64,000 bases of DNA from Felis catus (taxonomy: Eukaryota). This document shows positions 23,451 to 36,835 of this stretch, in pieces. The notes below the pieces were generated by a model. That model was given only the letters and a program-made list of their open reading frames with translations. It did no database searches and had not been told where the DNA came from. The stretch is taken from positions 23,996,001 to 24,060,000 of the forward strand of contig NC_058368.1 in the NCBI RefSeq assembly GCF_018350175.1, read 5' to 3'. The position numbers were made by a program, and so were the translations under genes. Position 1 is the first letter of the stretch. Every line of letters begins with the position of its first letter.

Positions 23451-23495
23451 AGGGGAGAGGTGGACGAGGGGAGAGGTGGACGAGGGGAGAGGTGG
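23451..23495. repeat. 16-bp G-rich tandem repeat, about 2.8 perfect copies
   Basis: aggggagaggtggacg x2 followed by aggggagaggtgg. Confidence 0.92.
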
Positions 23496-23811
23496 GAAAG
23501 AATAACTGGGAGGGAGGAAATACAGACCACAGTGAAGCCTGAATGCAAGGTGAAGACGCTGAGAATTAGCCTGGGTACTGGTGGTTTCAATCTCTGTTCA
23601 GAAACTAGGCGTCCTGGGGATGGGTCTCAGAAACCACCTTGGTGGAGAAGGCAGGAATGCCCTTCTCTACCAGGGCAGCTCTATCATTATCTGTTTTACA
23701 TCTGAGTATTTGTCTAATAATGCAGCTAAGTGTGTTGTTAATTTAGATACAGAGTTTAAAAATACTTTACTCCTCCTTTCTCTGAACTGTATTTAAACGG
23801 ATCTGAACACA

Positions 23812-24040
23812 GGGGTTCCTGGGTGGCTCAGCCTCTAAGCATCTGACTTCCACTCAGGTCATGATCTCATGGTCCATGAGTATGAGCCTCACATCAGGCT
23901 CTGTGCTGACAGCTCAGAGTCCAGAGCCTGCTTTAGCTTCTCTGTCTCCCTCTCTCTCTGCCCCTCCCTTGCTCATGTTCTGTCTCTCTCAAACAAGTAG
24001 TAAAAAAAAAAAAATAAAAATTGAAAATAAATAAATAAAT
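23812..24040 (+). mobile_element. Carnivore SINE (SINEC)
   Basis: SINE body; TSD aaacggatctgaacaca/aaatagatctaaacaca. Confidence 0.93.
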
Positions 24041-25165
24041 AGATCTAAACACAAAACCAGAGAAAGACATCCAAAAGACAGGTCACTCAATTTATTCCAA
24101 ATAAGCATCAAAATATGCTTTGTTTCATTACTTGATTTGGTTCCACACAAAAATACTTTTATTATTTTAAATATTCTATCTCTTACATTATAAATTAAGT
24201 TCTATTCGAAGTTTCCAATAAAGGAAGGCAATCGTTGGGAAAGGTTTTGAGTATGGTGCAATCTTGAGGGGAGAACTCCAAATTACCATGATTCATCTGA
24301 GGAAATTTTCCTTATTAAAATAAACAAAAAAACTACCTTCATTTCCAAGAATTCACAGGTATCTTTGATATAGGATTCTAACCACCTTCAAGAAACTTGG
24401 AGTTACATCTTACATGCACACACATACACATTTAATATGACTATATGGTGTGTTTTTATTTTCAATATATATTTGATCATTTTTCCTTCTGTAAGTAGCC
24501 GTGCCAGGAACAAATTTGAAACTCCATAATTGCTCCTTATTTGTTATCACAGGTCTAGAAATTTTAACATGCATTGTCCTTTTTAATATTTAACATTTCT
24601 AACAGTAACACAGATTCTCATCTGTCAAAAAATATATTTTAAAAAGCTGTCACATTGGATGCCTGAGAGACAGGGTACGTAAATTTTTAAGATCTATTTT
24701 GACCTTCTGTCTCTCTAATCATTAGGTCTCTAGCTACTATTTTAAAGTTCTAAGGTCCAAATGTTGAAATGAAATTTAGGTTAATGATGGGAAGGCTAGT
24801 AATTCTATTGACAATAAACAGAATTAAGATAAATTACAGGGAAAGACCAAAGACTTTAATATCTGTCCCACACCTTCATCTCAATGACAACCAAGGCTCT
24901 GACACTTTTCCCATGAGGAATTACATACTACCTTATTCCTATATTTCCTTATAATCACTTTCTAACATCAAAAGGAGCTGCAAAAAGAATGATGTTATTT
25001 TCTCTAGTGACTTAATTAAGTCTACTAATAGCCTCTGGGCTTAAGGTTAAGGACAAAAAAAAAAGGAACAAAATTGAGTCCACATTCTGTACCATCTACT
25101 AATACCAATTGGATTAGAGACCAAAAATCTAAAATTAGATGAGTTTTAGAAGAAAGCATAGAAAT

Positions 25166-25385
25166 GGGGTGCCTGGGTGGCTCAGTTGGTTAAGCATCTG
25201 ACTTCGGCTCAGGTCATAATCTCGTGGTTTGTGGGTTCGAGCCCTGAATCAGGCTCTGTGCTGACAGCTCAGAGCTTGGAGCCTGCCCCAGATTCTTTCT
25301 CTCTCTCTGTCCCTTCACCACTCACTCTCACTCTCTCTCTCTCTCAAAAATGTATAAACGTTAAAAAAGTTAAAAAAAAAAAAAA
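25166..25385 (+). mobile_element. Carnivore SINE (SINEC)
   Basis: SINE body; TSD agaagaaagcata/agaagaaaccata. Confidence 0.93.
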
Positions 25386-25399
25386 GAAGAAACCATAAG

Positions 25400-26160
25400 G
25401 GAAATTTTTAATTTGGCTTAGGCAATGATTTCTTAGATACAACAACAAAAGCACAATCTATTAGTGAAAAAAATGGTAAGCTGGACTTCATCAAAATTAA
25501 GAACTTCTGTTCTTTTTTTTAAAGACTCTGTTTAAGGAATGAAAAGATAAGCTAAATAGTGAGAGAAAATATTCACAAATCACATGTAAGAGTACTTGCA
25601 TCCAGAATGTAAGACCACTTTCAAAACTCACTAATAAGAAAACAAGCAACCCAAAAACAAAACTGATGATTGATTTACACAGACGGTGCATCCAAGGAGA
25701 CACAGCAATGACAAAAAATGATACACATTCTATTATCATCAACCATTCAGGAAATTCACATGAAAACCACAATAAATTACAAATTACATGAGCAAAAGAT
25801 AACTTACAAGAATACCTGAGCAAAAGAAATCAGATGCAGCACAGCCTCCAACCACACCCCCCCCAAAAAAAAACCACATAGTACATAATTCTATTTATCA
25901 CAAATTGTAGAAAATGCAAGATAATCTATAGTGACAGAAAGCAGATCAGGTAACACCTTGGAATGGGTAGGAACATCAAGCAGAAGAGACAACAAAGGGA
26001 CATGAGGAATTTGAAGAGGGGTGATGTATATGTTCATTATTTTGATTGTGGTGATAGTTTGCTAATGTAGGTGTCAAAACATTTCAAGTTGTACACCATT
26101 AACCTGTGCAATTTATTGTATGTTTGCTATCTCTAAATAAAGCTGTTAAAAAGGCAAAAT
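25400..26160 (+). mobile_element. Old L1 (L1MC/L1ME-like) ORF2 end and 3'UTR remnant
   Basis: ggcaatgatttcttagatacaac...ctggacttcatcaaaattaagaacttctg; atctatagtgacagaaagcagatcag. Confidence 0.75.
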
Positions 26161-26490
26161 ATAAAAAAAAAATAAGGTGTGTTCTTTCCACTGACTTCTA
26201 GAACATCTATAAACTGGGATTCTTGGTACTTGGACCAAGAGGAGAGGAAGACTATCAAATTCACAGATATATTGGCAGACACCTCAAAGTTTGGATATGG
26301 TTGGCAATGTTGAATTTCTCACCTCGGTTTTCCATCTGGTAGATCTTGAAATGCTAAGATAAGGACTTCTGAACAGATAAGCTTCCTTGATCTTGACTCC
26401 TCAGTACTTTGTAGAATGGATTGTTTTGTGACTATGGAAGGTGGGTGAATGGAAAGGAGACTTGGGACAATACGTTTCAGCTGAGGGCCG

Positions 26491-26491
<1 letters not shown>

Positions 26492-26587
<96 letters not shown>

Positions 26588-26615
26588 AGGGAGGGAGGGA
26601 GGGAGGGAGGGAGGG
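26492..26615. repeat. (TG)n(AG)n(GGGA)n compound microsatellite
   Basis: Seen directly. Confidence 0.97.
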
Positions 26616-27819
26616 TTAGTTAGTTTCCTTCTCTGTGTCCCATTCCTGCATGAAGTAGGGCAGAACATTTTCCCAATGTGAAGACAAGAGGATGATGGAA
26701 TCATTCATATGTGCTTTTGGTCTTCAGGCCTGACATTAGCTAGACTTGGAGATGCCATGGCTCCAAGATGCCAAGTCCCTCTGGTATTTACAGACACCAT
26801 CTGATGGCCCCACCGAGCACAGAAATCCTGGGAGGCAAGCTGGAGTCTTACTACTGTCCTTGAGTGACCAGGTAGAATGGAGTATGTTTTATCCACAACT
26901 GGGATTCTGTTTTCCCTTTAGTTAAAATGGTGCTATTATTCCTCCCATTTGCCTTCAAAATTATGCTTGATACTGCCTTCAGAATAGAGAGAAAATCCCT
27001 ATATCCATCAAGATGAATAAGGTTTTCATGATCAGAATGTCTTGGATTCTCAAATGAAAGAAATCACCAAAAATTATCTTACATATTGCTAACACTTCAA
27101 CTGTGGATGGTATACTTATTTATGTTCATTATTTCTATATCCTCGTGAACCATGTTACTGAGATTGCATCTCCACCGAAACTTCTAGGGAAATAAAATAC
27201 AATTCTTTTAGCATCTCTCTCTTTCTTGCTGGCATTCTTCAAATCCCTCTACCCAGATGCACCTTACAAGAGCTTTACTTTTATACATCTAAATTTTCTG
27301 ATAATTGCATTCAAGAAGGTATTGGGAGTTGAAGTTTAAATGAAACCATCAATGCTTCCCTTTATTTCTAGTCAGGAGCGTCAACACTCATTCAGTTTCT
27401 AAAAGTCACATGTGAAATATGGCCTGAGAATCCACACACATACCATCCAAAGACCTCTTCTGTCAGTCCTGAAAGTCACGCACCAAGAGCCGACTCAACA
27501 CTTAAGCGCTACAAAGACTTACTTGATGCAAGCAAGCTCATGTTGTTGTGTGCAAGACTTTCCTTTATTAGCCCCAGGTTCCTCTTTTGTGGAACTCAGG
27601 TTGCTCTCTCACCATAACCTTGTGACCAATAAAACCAAAAGGAGCATCAACCAGCCATGCAGACAACACAAAGTGTCTGTCATCATGCACGAGCACTGCT
27701 CTGGCTGCTGGCACCTGGCATGCATAACTCTTAGCTCTGAAGAGCTGTAACAGGAAGGGGGAAAAAAGCAAGTAAATGCACACAGGCACAAAACTAGGTT
27801 ATATGTGGTGCCACTGTAG

Positions 27820-28050
27820 CCAAGCGCATCATTTCTGAGACCGACTTACCTTAGATCGTATCAAAAATCCACCACTTACAGGCTGAGTGAACTTGATTAA
27901 GGTACGTAATTTCTTTGCCTCACTTATCCCACATGTAAAGTAAAATAAGAATATTATCTAATTCATAGTATTTTTTTAAGGGTCAAATAAACGAAGACAT
28001 ATGAATGCTTAGAACAAAGCCTGGCAAGCAGCACTCACTAAGGGTAAGGT
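27820..28050. mobile_element. MIR SINE remnant
   Basis: caccacttacaggctgagtgaacttg...gcctcacttatcccacatgtaaag...atgcttagaacaaagcctggca. Confidence 0.65.
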
Positions 28051-28986
28051 GTTACCACATTTATCAAGGCAAAACAACCAACACAGTCTTCATTAAAAGT
28101 CTGACTCATTTTTATTTTTGGTTCTAAAATGTAGTTAATGTAAGTCCTCCTGCCTTCCATGAGCAGGCCCTCAGCTACCTCTTTAGCCTGTCCTGGACCA
28201 CTTCTTATTGTTATCTTCTGCTTTCATTCAATCATTCACTATACTCTAACCCCCTCAGTTCTGCAAGGAAGGTGTTTCCTACAGAAATTCAAAAAGGAAG
28301 AAATTTGGTGACAGTAAATCAGAGATGTATGTGAGTTCAGGAGGGAGAAAGGTCACCAGGCTATCATCCACACAGCCCAGCAAGGTAGTCTTCACTCCTT
28401 AGGGAAAATGCCATTGGTTTCTCCAACTCAGAGGTCAAATTTTATCAGCTCAATGCAAATGAATACTACTCTGGAAAACAGATTTACAAACATACTATAG
28501 TGTGCTAAATGGCACCCCAAAATTAGATCCTGAGCCCTGGTACTGAACCTAGCACCCAATAGGTGCTAAAACAAATGTTTTCCACATTCATCTTGGTTGT
28601 GAAATAAGCTTCCTCATATAATTTCCAGGCCAATAAGCCAAATTAAATCTCAACCATATCAAAGCATATGGCTATTAACTATGCAAATGCTCTCCCCTCA
28701 GTCTTTGTTTCCCACTTCCTTGCTTGTTTCTTTTGCCTTCCAGAACATTTTCTACCATCTCCACTTGTTCTTCACACCTCCTTCCCCTTGCAGGCTCCCC
28801 ACACACCCACATCCTGCAGCCTCCGTCCCAGCTGGCCGCCTGCCACTCCAGAGTCTCCTACGGACCCACCACCCCTCCACTTACCTCCCAAGCGCTGCCT
28901 TCTTTGCCATTACCCAAGGAAACAGCGCTCAAAATACCCAGCAAAAGTGCTGCTGACACTTGGAGTTTGTCCTCAATTGTTATCAC

Positions 28987-29182
28987 ACCATAACAATAAC
29001 ATAACAATTCTTCTTAAACTCTTTAATTCTTAAAATAACAATAATTCTTAAAATAAACATAAAACAAAATAAAAATAACAAAATAACAAGATAACAAAAA
29101 TAAACAAAAAACAAAATAAAAACAAAATTCTTAAAATAACCATAACAATAAACAATTCTTAAACTCTTTAATTCTTAAAATA
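28987..29182. repeat. About 45-50-bp direct repeat flanking A-rich templated filler
   Basis: accataacaataa...aacaattctt...aaactctttaattcttaaaata at 28987-29037 and 29139-29182. Confidence 0.85.
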
Positions 29183-29699
29183 TTGGGCCCCACTTACTCC
29201 TTTTAATTTGCATGATAATGGGCTTTAAAAGGTCTCAGGAAAATAACTTTGAGACTAATGGTCATGGATATTGGTTTTTCAGAAGGAAGTGAGCATTGGA
29301 TAAAAATATTCAACATCATTAATCGTAGCTGAAAAGAGGTATAAGCCAGTCTACAATACTAAATATACAGAAAGCTAAAAGCTACCACACTAGGAAAAGT
29401 TATCACAGTGAAGAAAAGAAAAAGTATTTCAGAGTTCTTATAACTGACGAGATTCCTTCAACCCATTTCAGTATGCATACAGCATAAACAATCTATGTGA
29501 AACAGCAGATAGGTTTTAATTAGAATTTTCACAAAAACAAGGCCTATCTTGCAGAGTTGCACCATATTTATGTGTACCTAATTTCCTATTGCCATGGTGT
29601 CCATCGAATCCACTAAATGGCTGTTGTTACATTAACTGGCATCAGGTTTCTGTAGCCAGCTGTTCTAAATTTTGATGCATTTTATCTCAGCATTAAAGG

Positions 29700-30103
29700 G
29701 AAAGGAATACACTTTGTGCTACTACTTGCTAATACCTCCACTTGCTTGTCTATCAGCAATCCGACACTTCACATGTGTAAAAGCGAAATCCTGCTCTCCT
29801 CCCACCGAAAGGAAACAAAAACCTACCCCAACCCCAGGACTCCCCTCTTCTCAGTGAACAGGAAATCAAACTTTAAGTATTTCAAGTCCAAAACCTCATG
29901 TTCATCCTCGATTCCTTTCTCCCATCTACCATGCATCCAATCTATTAGCTCTGCTATCAAAATATACCCAGAATCCAACCACTTCTCATATATTCACTGC
30001 CACCACCCTGTCTGAGCAAGCAGCATCTCTGGCCTATGATACGAATATCACACTTTTGCTCCTTGGCAGTCTCTTACCCACATGGCATTCACAAGTATCC
30101 TTT
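29700..30103 (+). mobile_element. L2 remnant (5' piece of an L2 split by later insertions)
   Basis: ctcagtgaacagg...caagtccaaaacctc...catcctcgattcctttctc...catccaatctattagc...aaaatatacccagaatccaaccacttctc. Confidence 0.65.
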
Positions 30104-30122
30104 AAAAATGTACCAGGGGACT

Positions 30123-30336
30123 GGGCGCCTGGGTGGCGCAGTCGGTTAAGCGTCCGACTTCGGCCGGGTCATGGTCTCGCGGTTCGTGAGTTCGAGCCTG
30201 ACTCGGGCTCTGGGCTGATGGCTCAGAGCCTGGAGCCTGTTTCCGATTCTGTGTCTCCCTCTCTCTCTGCCCCTCCCCCGTTCATGCTCTGTCTCTCCCT
30301 GTCCCAAAAATAAATAAACGTTGAAAAAAAAAAATT
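30123..30336 (+). mobile_element. Young felid SINE (SINEC_Fc-like)
   Basis: gggcgcctgggtggcgcagtcggttaagcgtccgac; perfect 19-bp TSD aaaaatgtaccaggggact (30104-30122, 30337-30355). Confidence 0.97.
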
Positions 30337-32271
30337 AAAAATGTACCAGGGGACTTCTGACCCACAGAAGAGTAAATAAACCAGAAAATGACCGGAAGAT
30401 TGACAAACAGACTCTCCACAGCTCAGTGTAGAGAAGAGGACACATCAAAGAGGACAAGAAGGGTGGAAATGCAGTTGGAAGTCAAACTGATCCACAAGAC
30501 TGTCCAGGGGAGGGAGGGACATCTCAGGAGAGGATAGAAGAGAGGAGCACACCCCATATTAGGCACTCCAGGAATGGGGGACCAGCACTAGGAAGATAAA
30601 ACCCCCTAACAATTGGCTTTGAAAGTCCAAGAGGCCTAACTTGGTAAGTTCTTACACTCAGAGCAACTTCAAAAATCAGTGGCTTTGCTCTGGGAGAGCC
30701 TGGAGGGCAGTAGGAAACTGAGTCCCTACTCTTAAAGAGACAGCACAACTAACAGCCCCAAAGAGATACAGTATAGAAGCACAGGTTTGAAAAATGCTTG
30801 GGGCATACAGGAAGGAAATTTATTTATGCACATCAGAGGGTGTTCTAGAGGGGCAGGGATCTTTGGGAGGCTTTTTTAAAAACAAAAGATCTGGCAAGCT
30901 TCATTTCCCTCCCCTGCACCCCAAGACTGGATATACAGACACCTGCAGGAACCAGCACATGTAAATACTCTCCATCTAGCTTGCTGAAAATACACCCTGC
31001 TCCTGCACTCTTCTGTGGATTGACCCTCTCCACTGCAGCCTGTGCAGGAGGTTTCCTGGGGAAGCTGCAAATCCTATTCTGTAGAAGATAGGGCTGGCGC
31101 ACCACATCCCACCCCTTCCCTCTCCCACAGACATACTCCTTCCAACACACCCTTGGCAGGACACCACCCAAAGGGGTGCCCAAACCTGGCAGGGTGCAAG
31201 CAGCCCTGAAAGGGGTAGCACTACTCAAAAGGACTCCTGTCCTGGGGAGAGGGAAAAATAACCACACACGCCAGACTTCAGCCCTGTCAGTGGGATGGGG
31301 GCGGATACCTGGTCTGACTGCAGTCCCCGACAGCCAACAAAGGCATCTCAGGAGACAACAGAGAAGTGCACCCTGAAATTTGCTGTTACTACAGCTCTGG
31401 CAGACACCTGGTCTGACACAACTCAAGCCCCAGCCGGGCAGTCCCAAAGCGGACCACTAACAACACAAAGACAAAACCCTGCCCCAAACAGGCAAAGAGA
31501 GCCATTGCAGAGTAGCAGAGTGAAGGCAAATATGGCTCAGCTCCAACTGTATGATGCAGGAAGACACAAAGGACACACCTCTGAAGCACCAGTTTCTGGT
31601 GAACATAGGGTATTTCACTGCAGGGCACCACTGGAACTTCTTCTACATAAGGCTAGTACTTTGAAGACCAAGAGACATAGTGGAACTTCTAACATAAAAA
31701 CAGACACAGAGAGTAAGACAAAGTGAGGAGACAGACAAGTGTGGCCCCAATAAAAGAATAAGACAAAGTCAAAGCAAAAGAGCTTAAGGAAATACAGATA
31801 AGAAACATACTTGATAGAGAATTTAAAGTAATGTTGATAAAGATACTCACTTGACTTCAGCAGAGTGGAGTGAAACCCTCTTAACAAAGAGAATGAAAAC
31901 AAAGAATCAATCAGAGGTGAAAAGCTCAATAAAGAGAAAAATACAAGAGAGGGAATAAATAGTGGACTAGAGAAAACCAAAGAATGGATCAGTGGGCTGG
32001 AGACCAGAGTAATGCAAAGTGATCTAGGTGAATAGGAAAGAGAAAAAAATAATTAAAAATGAAAATAGACTTATGAACTCAGCTACACCACCAAACATAA
32101 TAACATCTGCATTATAGGGTTCCCAGAAGGAGAAGACAGATGAGGGAGAATATTTATTTGAATACATAGCTAAAAACTTCCCTAATCTCGCTAAGAGAGG
32201 TCCATACCAAGACACATAGTAATTGAAATGGCAAAAAACTAGTGACAGAAAAATTTTAACGCATCTAGAAG

Positions 32272-32415
32272 CGGTGATCATCTCATGGTTTGGGAATTCA
32301 AGGTTCGCATTAGGCTCTGTGCTCACAGCATGGATCCTGATTAGGATTCTCTCTCTCAGTCTCTTTCTGGCTCTCTCTCTCTCAAAACAAAACAAAACAA
32401 CAACAACAACAACAA
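32272..32415 (+). mobile_element. 5'-truncated SINEC in L1 ORF1
   Basis: tgatcatctcatggtttgggaattcaagg...ggctctgtgctcacagc...(CT)n-(AAAAC)n tail. Confidence 0.8.
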
Positions 32416-32680
32416 AACTTTAAAAGCAGCGAGAGAAAACAGTTGTGTACAAGGGAAACTGAATCAGCTGAATTTTCAGGATATATTCAAAGTGCTGAAA
32501 GGAAAAAAACCAGCAGGCAAGAATACTCTATCCAGCAAGCTTATCATTCAGAACAGAAGAAGAGTGTAAGAGGTCTCCAGACAAACCAAATTAAAGGAAT
32601 TCGTGATGACTAAAACAGCCCTACAAGAAACGCTAAAGGGGATTCTTTGAGTAGAAAGGAAAGACCATTAGTAAGATTAA

Positions 32681-32888
32681 GGCAAACCATAAGAGACTCC
32701 TAAATACAGAGAACTTAGGGTTGCTGGAGGGTGGGATGGGTTAAATGGATGATGGGCATTAAGGAGGGCACTTTTCACGATGAGCACTGGGTGTCCCATG
32801 TAACAGATCTATCACTGGGTTCTACTCCTGAAGCCAAGACTACACTGTATGTTATACAACTTGAATTTAAATTAAAAACAAAAAAAAA
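32681..32888 (+). mobile_element. Nested short L1 3' end
   Basis: ggcaaaccataagagactc...gatgagcactgggtg...cttgaatttaaattaaaaacaaaaaaaaa inside the host inter-ORF region. Confidence 0.85.
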
Positions 32889-33628
32889 GAGAATGGGTTC
32901 AAATGTAAATGACCATCAACTGAATATGGACTGCTATATACATAAGATGTTATATACAAACCTGATAGTAACCACAAATCAAAAACCATAGATATGCAAA
33001 CAATAAAGAGAAAGGAATCCAAGTGTATCACTAAAGAAGGTGACAAGTCATGAGAGCAGAGAAGAACTACAAAAGCAATCATACGGGAAAAAATGGCAGT
33101 AAGTTCGTATCTATCAGCAATTACTTTTAATGTAAATGTAATAAATGCCCCAATCAAAAGACATAAGGTGAAGGAATCAATAGAAAAGCAAGACCCATGT
33201 ATATGCTGCCTGCAAGAGACTCATTCCAGACATAAAGACATAAACAGATTGAAAGTGAAAGGACAAAAAACCATTTGTTATGCAAATAAGTGTAAAGAAA
33301 GCGAGGGTAGGAATACTTATATCAGACAAAATAGACTTTAGGACAGAGACTATAACAAGAAACAAATAAGGATACTATATAATCATAAAGGAAACAATCC
33401 AACAACAAGATATAATACCAATACCAGTGTACCCAACCTGAAAGCACCCAAATACACAAAGCACCTAATAACAAACATAAAGTAATCAATAGCAATACTG
33501 GTAATAGTAAGAGACTTAAACACCCCACTTACATTAAGAGATTATCTAAACAGGTTATCAATGAGGAAATAATGGATTTGAATGACACATTGGACCAGCT
33601 GTGTCTATATATTCAGAACATTCATCTT

Positions 33629-33860
33629 TTTTTTTTTTTTTTTAAATTTTTTTTTTTCAACGTTTATTTATTTTTGGGACAGAGAGAGACAGAGCATGAA
33701 TGGGGGAGGGGCAGAGAGAGAGGGAGACACAGAATCGGAAACAGGCTCCAGGCTCTGAGCCATCAGCCCAGAGCCTGACACGGGGCTCGAACTCACAGAC
33801 CGCGAGATCGTGACCTGGCTGAAGTCGGACGCTTAACCGACTGCGCCACCCAGGCGCCCC
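33629..33860 (-). mobile_element. Young felid SINE (SINEC_Fc-like)
   Basis: Perfect 15-bp TSD cagaacattcatctt (33614-33628, 33861-33875); CpGs intact. Confidence 0.97.
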
Positions 33861-34907
33861 CAGAACATTCATCTTAAAAGAGAATAAAAATTCTTCTCAA
33901 GTGAACATGGAACCTTTTTCAGAATACATTACATATTAGACTATAAAACAAGTCTCAACAAATTCAAAAAGATCAAAGTCATACCATGCATGTTCTCTGA
34001 GTACAACGCTATGAAACTAAAAGTCAACCACAAGAAAAAAATCTGCAAAGAGCACAAAAACATGGAGGTTAAATAACATGCTACTAGACAATAAACGGGT
34101 TAACTAAGAAACCAAAGTGGAAATTAAAAAAAAAAAATAGATGGAGATAGATGAAAATGAAAACACAACAGTCTAAATTTTGGGGATGAAGTAAAAGTAG
34201 TCCTAAGAGGGAAGGTTATAGCAATACAGGTCTACCTCAAGGAGAAAAAAATCTCAAATAAACAACCTAACCTCACACCTATAGGAGCTATAAAAATAAC
34301 TAACAAAATCCCAAACCAGCAGAAGGAAGGAATATAAAGATTAGAGCAGAAATAAAATAGAAAAAAATAATCAACTGGGAGCTGGTTCTTTGAGAAGATC
34401 GATGAACTTGATCAACCTTAAGCCAGACTCATTGAAGAGAGAGGACTCGAACAAAATCAGAAATAGGGTAACACTGACACCGCATAAGTAAAAAAGATTA
34501 TAAGAAAAATTATGAAAAATTATATGCCAACAAATTGGGCAAATTAGAATAAATTCCTAGAAACATATAATCTCCAAAAATTGAATTAGGAAGCAACAGA
34601 ACATTTGAATAGATTGATTACCAGCCATAAAACTGAATCAGGAATCAAACTCCCAACATAAACAAAAGTCCAGGGCTAGATATCTTCACAGGTATATTCT
34701 ACCAAATATTTAAACAAGAGTTAACCTATTCTCAAGCTGTCCCAAAAAAATTAGAAGAAGGAAGCTTTCTAAATTCATTCCATGAGGCCAGCATTACCCT
34801 TATACCAAAACCAAAAGAAAACACTACAACAAGAGAACCACAGGCCAGTATCACTAATGAACACAGATGCAAAAATCTTCAGCAAATCACATCCAAAATA
34901 CTAAACA

Positions 34908-34908
<1 letters not shown>

Positions 34909-34957
<49 letters not shown>
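34909..34957. repeat. (AC)n microsatellite
   Basis: Seen directly. Confidence 0.97.
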
Positions 34958-34960
<3 letters not shown>

Positions 34961-35403
34961 ATTCACCACAGTCAAGTGGGATTTATTCCTGGAATGCAAG
35001 CAAGGGTGGTTCAATACTTGCAAATTAAACAATGTGACACATACATCAACAAGAAAAGGATAAAAAAAGAGTACTATCATTTCAAAAGATGCAGAAAAAA
35101 CATTTGACAAAGTACAACATCCATTCAAAATAAAAATAAACTCTTAATAAAGTGGGTTTAGAGAGAACATACCTCAATATTATTAAGGCAATATGTGAAA
35201 AACTCACAGCTGACATCATATTCAATGGGGAAAAACTGATCGCTTTTTTTTAAGCTCAGAAACAAGACAGAGGGGTTCATTCTCACCACTTTTATTCAAC
35301 ATCATACTCTAAGTCCTAACCACAACAATCATACAACATAAACAAAAAGCATCCAAATTGGTAAGGAAGAAGTAAAACTTTCATGATTTATAAAAGACAT
35401 GAT

Positions 35404-35699
35404 CCACATAGGAGTGAAAACATATGGTATCTGTCTTTCTCTGTATGACTTATTTCACTTAGCATAACATTCTCCAGTTCCATCCACAGACCATGGGGGA
35501 GGGGAAGGGAAGAAAAAATAAAAGGTAGAGAGGGAGGGAGCCAAACCATAAGAGACTCTTATAAACTGAGAATAAACTGAGGGGTAATGGGGGGGTGGGA
35601 GGGAGGGAAAAGTGGGTGATGGGCATTGAGGAGGGCACCTGTTGAGATGAGCACTGGGTGTTGTATGGAAACCAATTTGACAATAAATTTCTTATACAA
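35404..35699 (+). mobile_element. Nested short felid L1 3' end with 5' inversion
   Basis: 35404-35487 reversed, 35488-35699 forward; perfect 12-bp TSD aaaagacatgat (35392-35403, 35700-35711). Confidence 0.92.
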
Positions 35700-36616
35700 A
35701 AAAGACATGATACTATATATATAGAAAATGCTAAAGACTACACCAAAAAACGATTAGAACCGATAAATCCAATAAGGTTGCAAGATACAAAATCAATACA
35801 CAGAAACCCCTTGCATTTCTATAGTAATTAAGTAGCAGAAAGAGAAATTAATACCAAGTTCCAGTTACAATTACACCAAAAATACTATCTAGAAATACAC
35901 TTAACCAAGGAGGTCAAAGACCTGTACTCTGAAAAGTAGAAAACACTACTGAAAAAATTGGGAGACCACACAAACAAATGGAAAGATATTTCATGATCGT
36001 AGTTTCAGAGAAAAAGTATTGTTAAAATGTCCATAATCCCCAAAGCAATCTACAAATTTAATGCAGTCTCTATCAAAATACCAGCAGCATTTTTCACAGA
36101 GCTAGGAAAAATAATCCTAAAATTTGTATGAAGCCACAGAAGACTCAATTCCCAAATAATCTTAAAGAAAAAAGAAACTGGAGGTATTACAATCCCAGAT
36201 TTCAAGGTACACTACAAGGTGTAGTAATCGAAACCATATGATACTGGCACAAAAGCAGACACATACATCAATGGAACTGAAGAGAGTGCCCGGAAGTAAA
36301 CCTATGATTATGTAGTAAATTAATCTTTGACAAAGGAGGCATGAATGTGCAATGGAAGAGACAGTCTCTTCAACAAATGGTACTGGGGAAATGGAACAGC
36401 AACATGCAAAAGCATGAAACCGAACCACTTTCCTGCACCATACAGAAAAATAAAATAGATTCAAGACCTTAATCCATAAAAATCCGAGAAGAGAGCACTG
36501 GCAGTAATTTCTCTGGCTGCATTAAGCAACATTTTTCTAGATATGTCTCCTAGGGAAACAAAGTAAAAATAAACTATTGGGACTACATCAAAATTAAACC
36601 CTCTGAAGAAACACTC

Positions 36617-36835
36617 TTTTTTTTTTTTTTAACATTTTATTTCTTTTTTTTGAGACAGGGAGAGACAGAGCATGAACAGGGGAGGGTCAGAGAGAGGGAG
36701 ACACAGAATCTGAAACAGGCTCCAGGCTCTGAGCTGTCAGCACAGAGCCTGACGCGGGGCTAGAACTCACGAACCATGAGATCACGACCTGAGCTGAAGT
36801 CGGCCGCTTAACCGACTGAGCCACCCAGGCGCCCC
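36617..36835 (-). mobile_element. Young felid SINE with an 11-nt extra 3' segment
   Basis: 16-bp TSD aaaattaaaccctctg (36590-36605, 36836-36851); aagaaacactc lies between TSD and poly-T. Confidence 0.95.

Noticed and set aside
30845..31447. 200-aa antisense ORF in the L1 5'UTR (ORF0-like idea)
   Set aside because: TTG start, GC-rich context favours long open frames, no recognisable homology, and the host L1 is heavily decayed.
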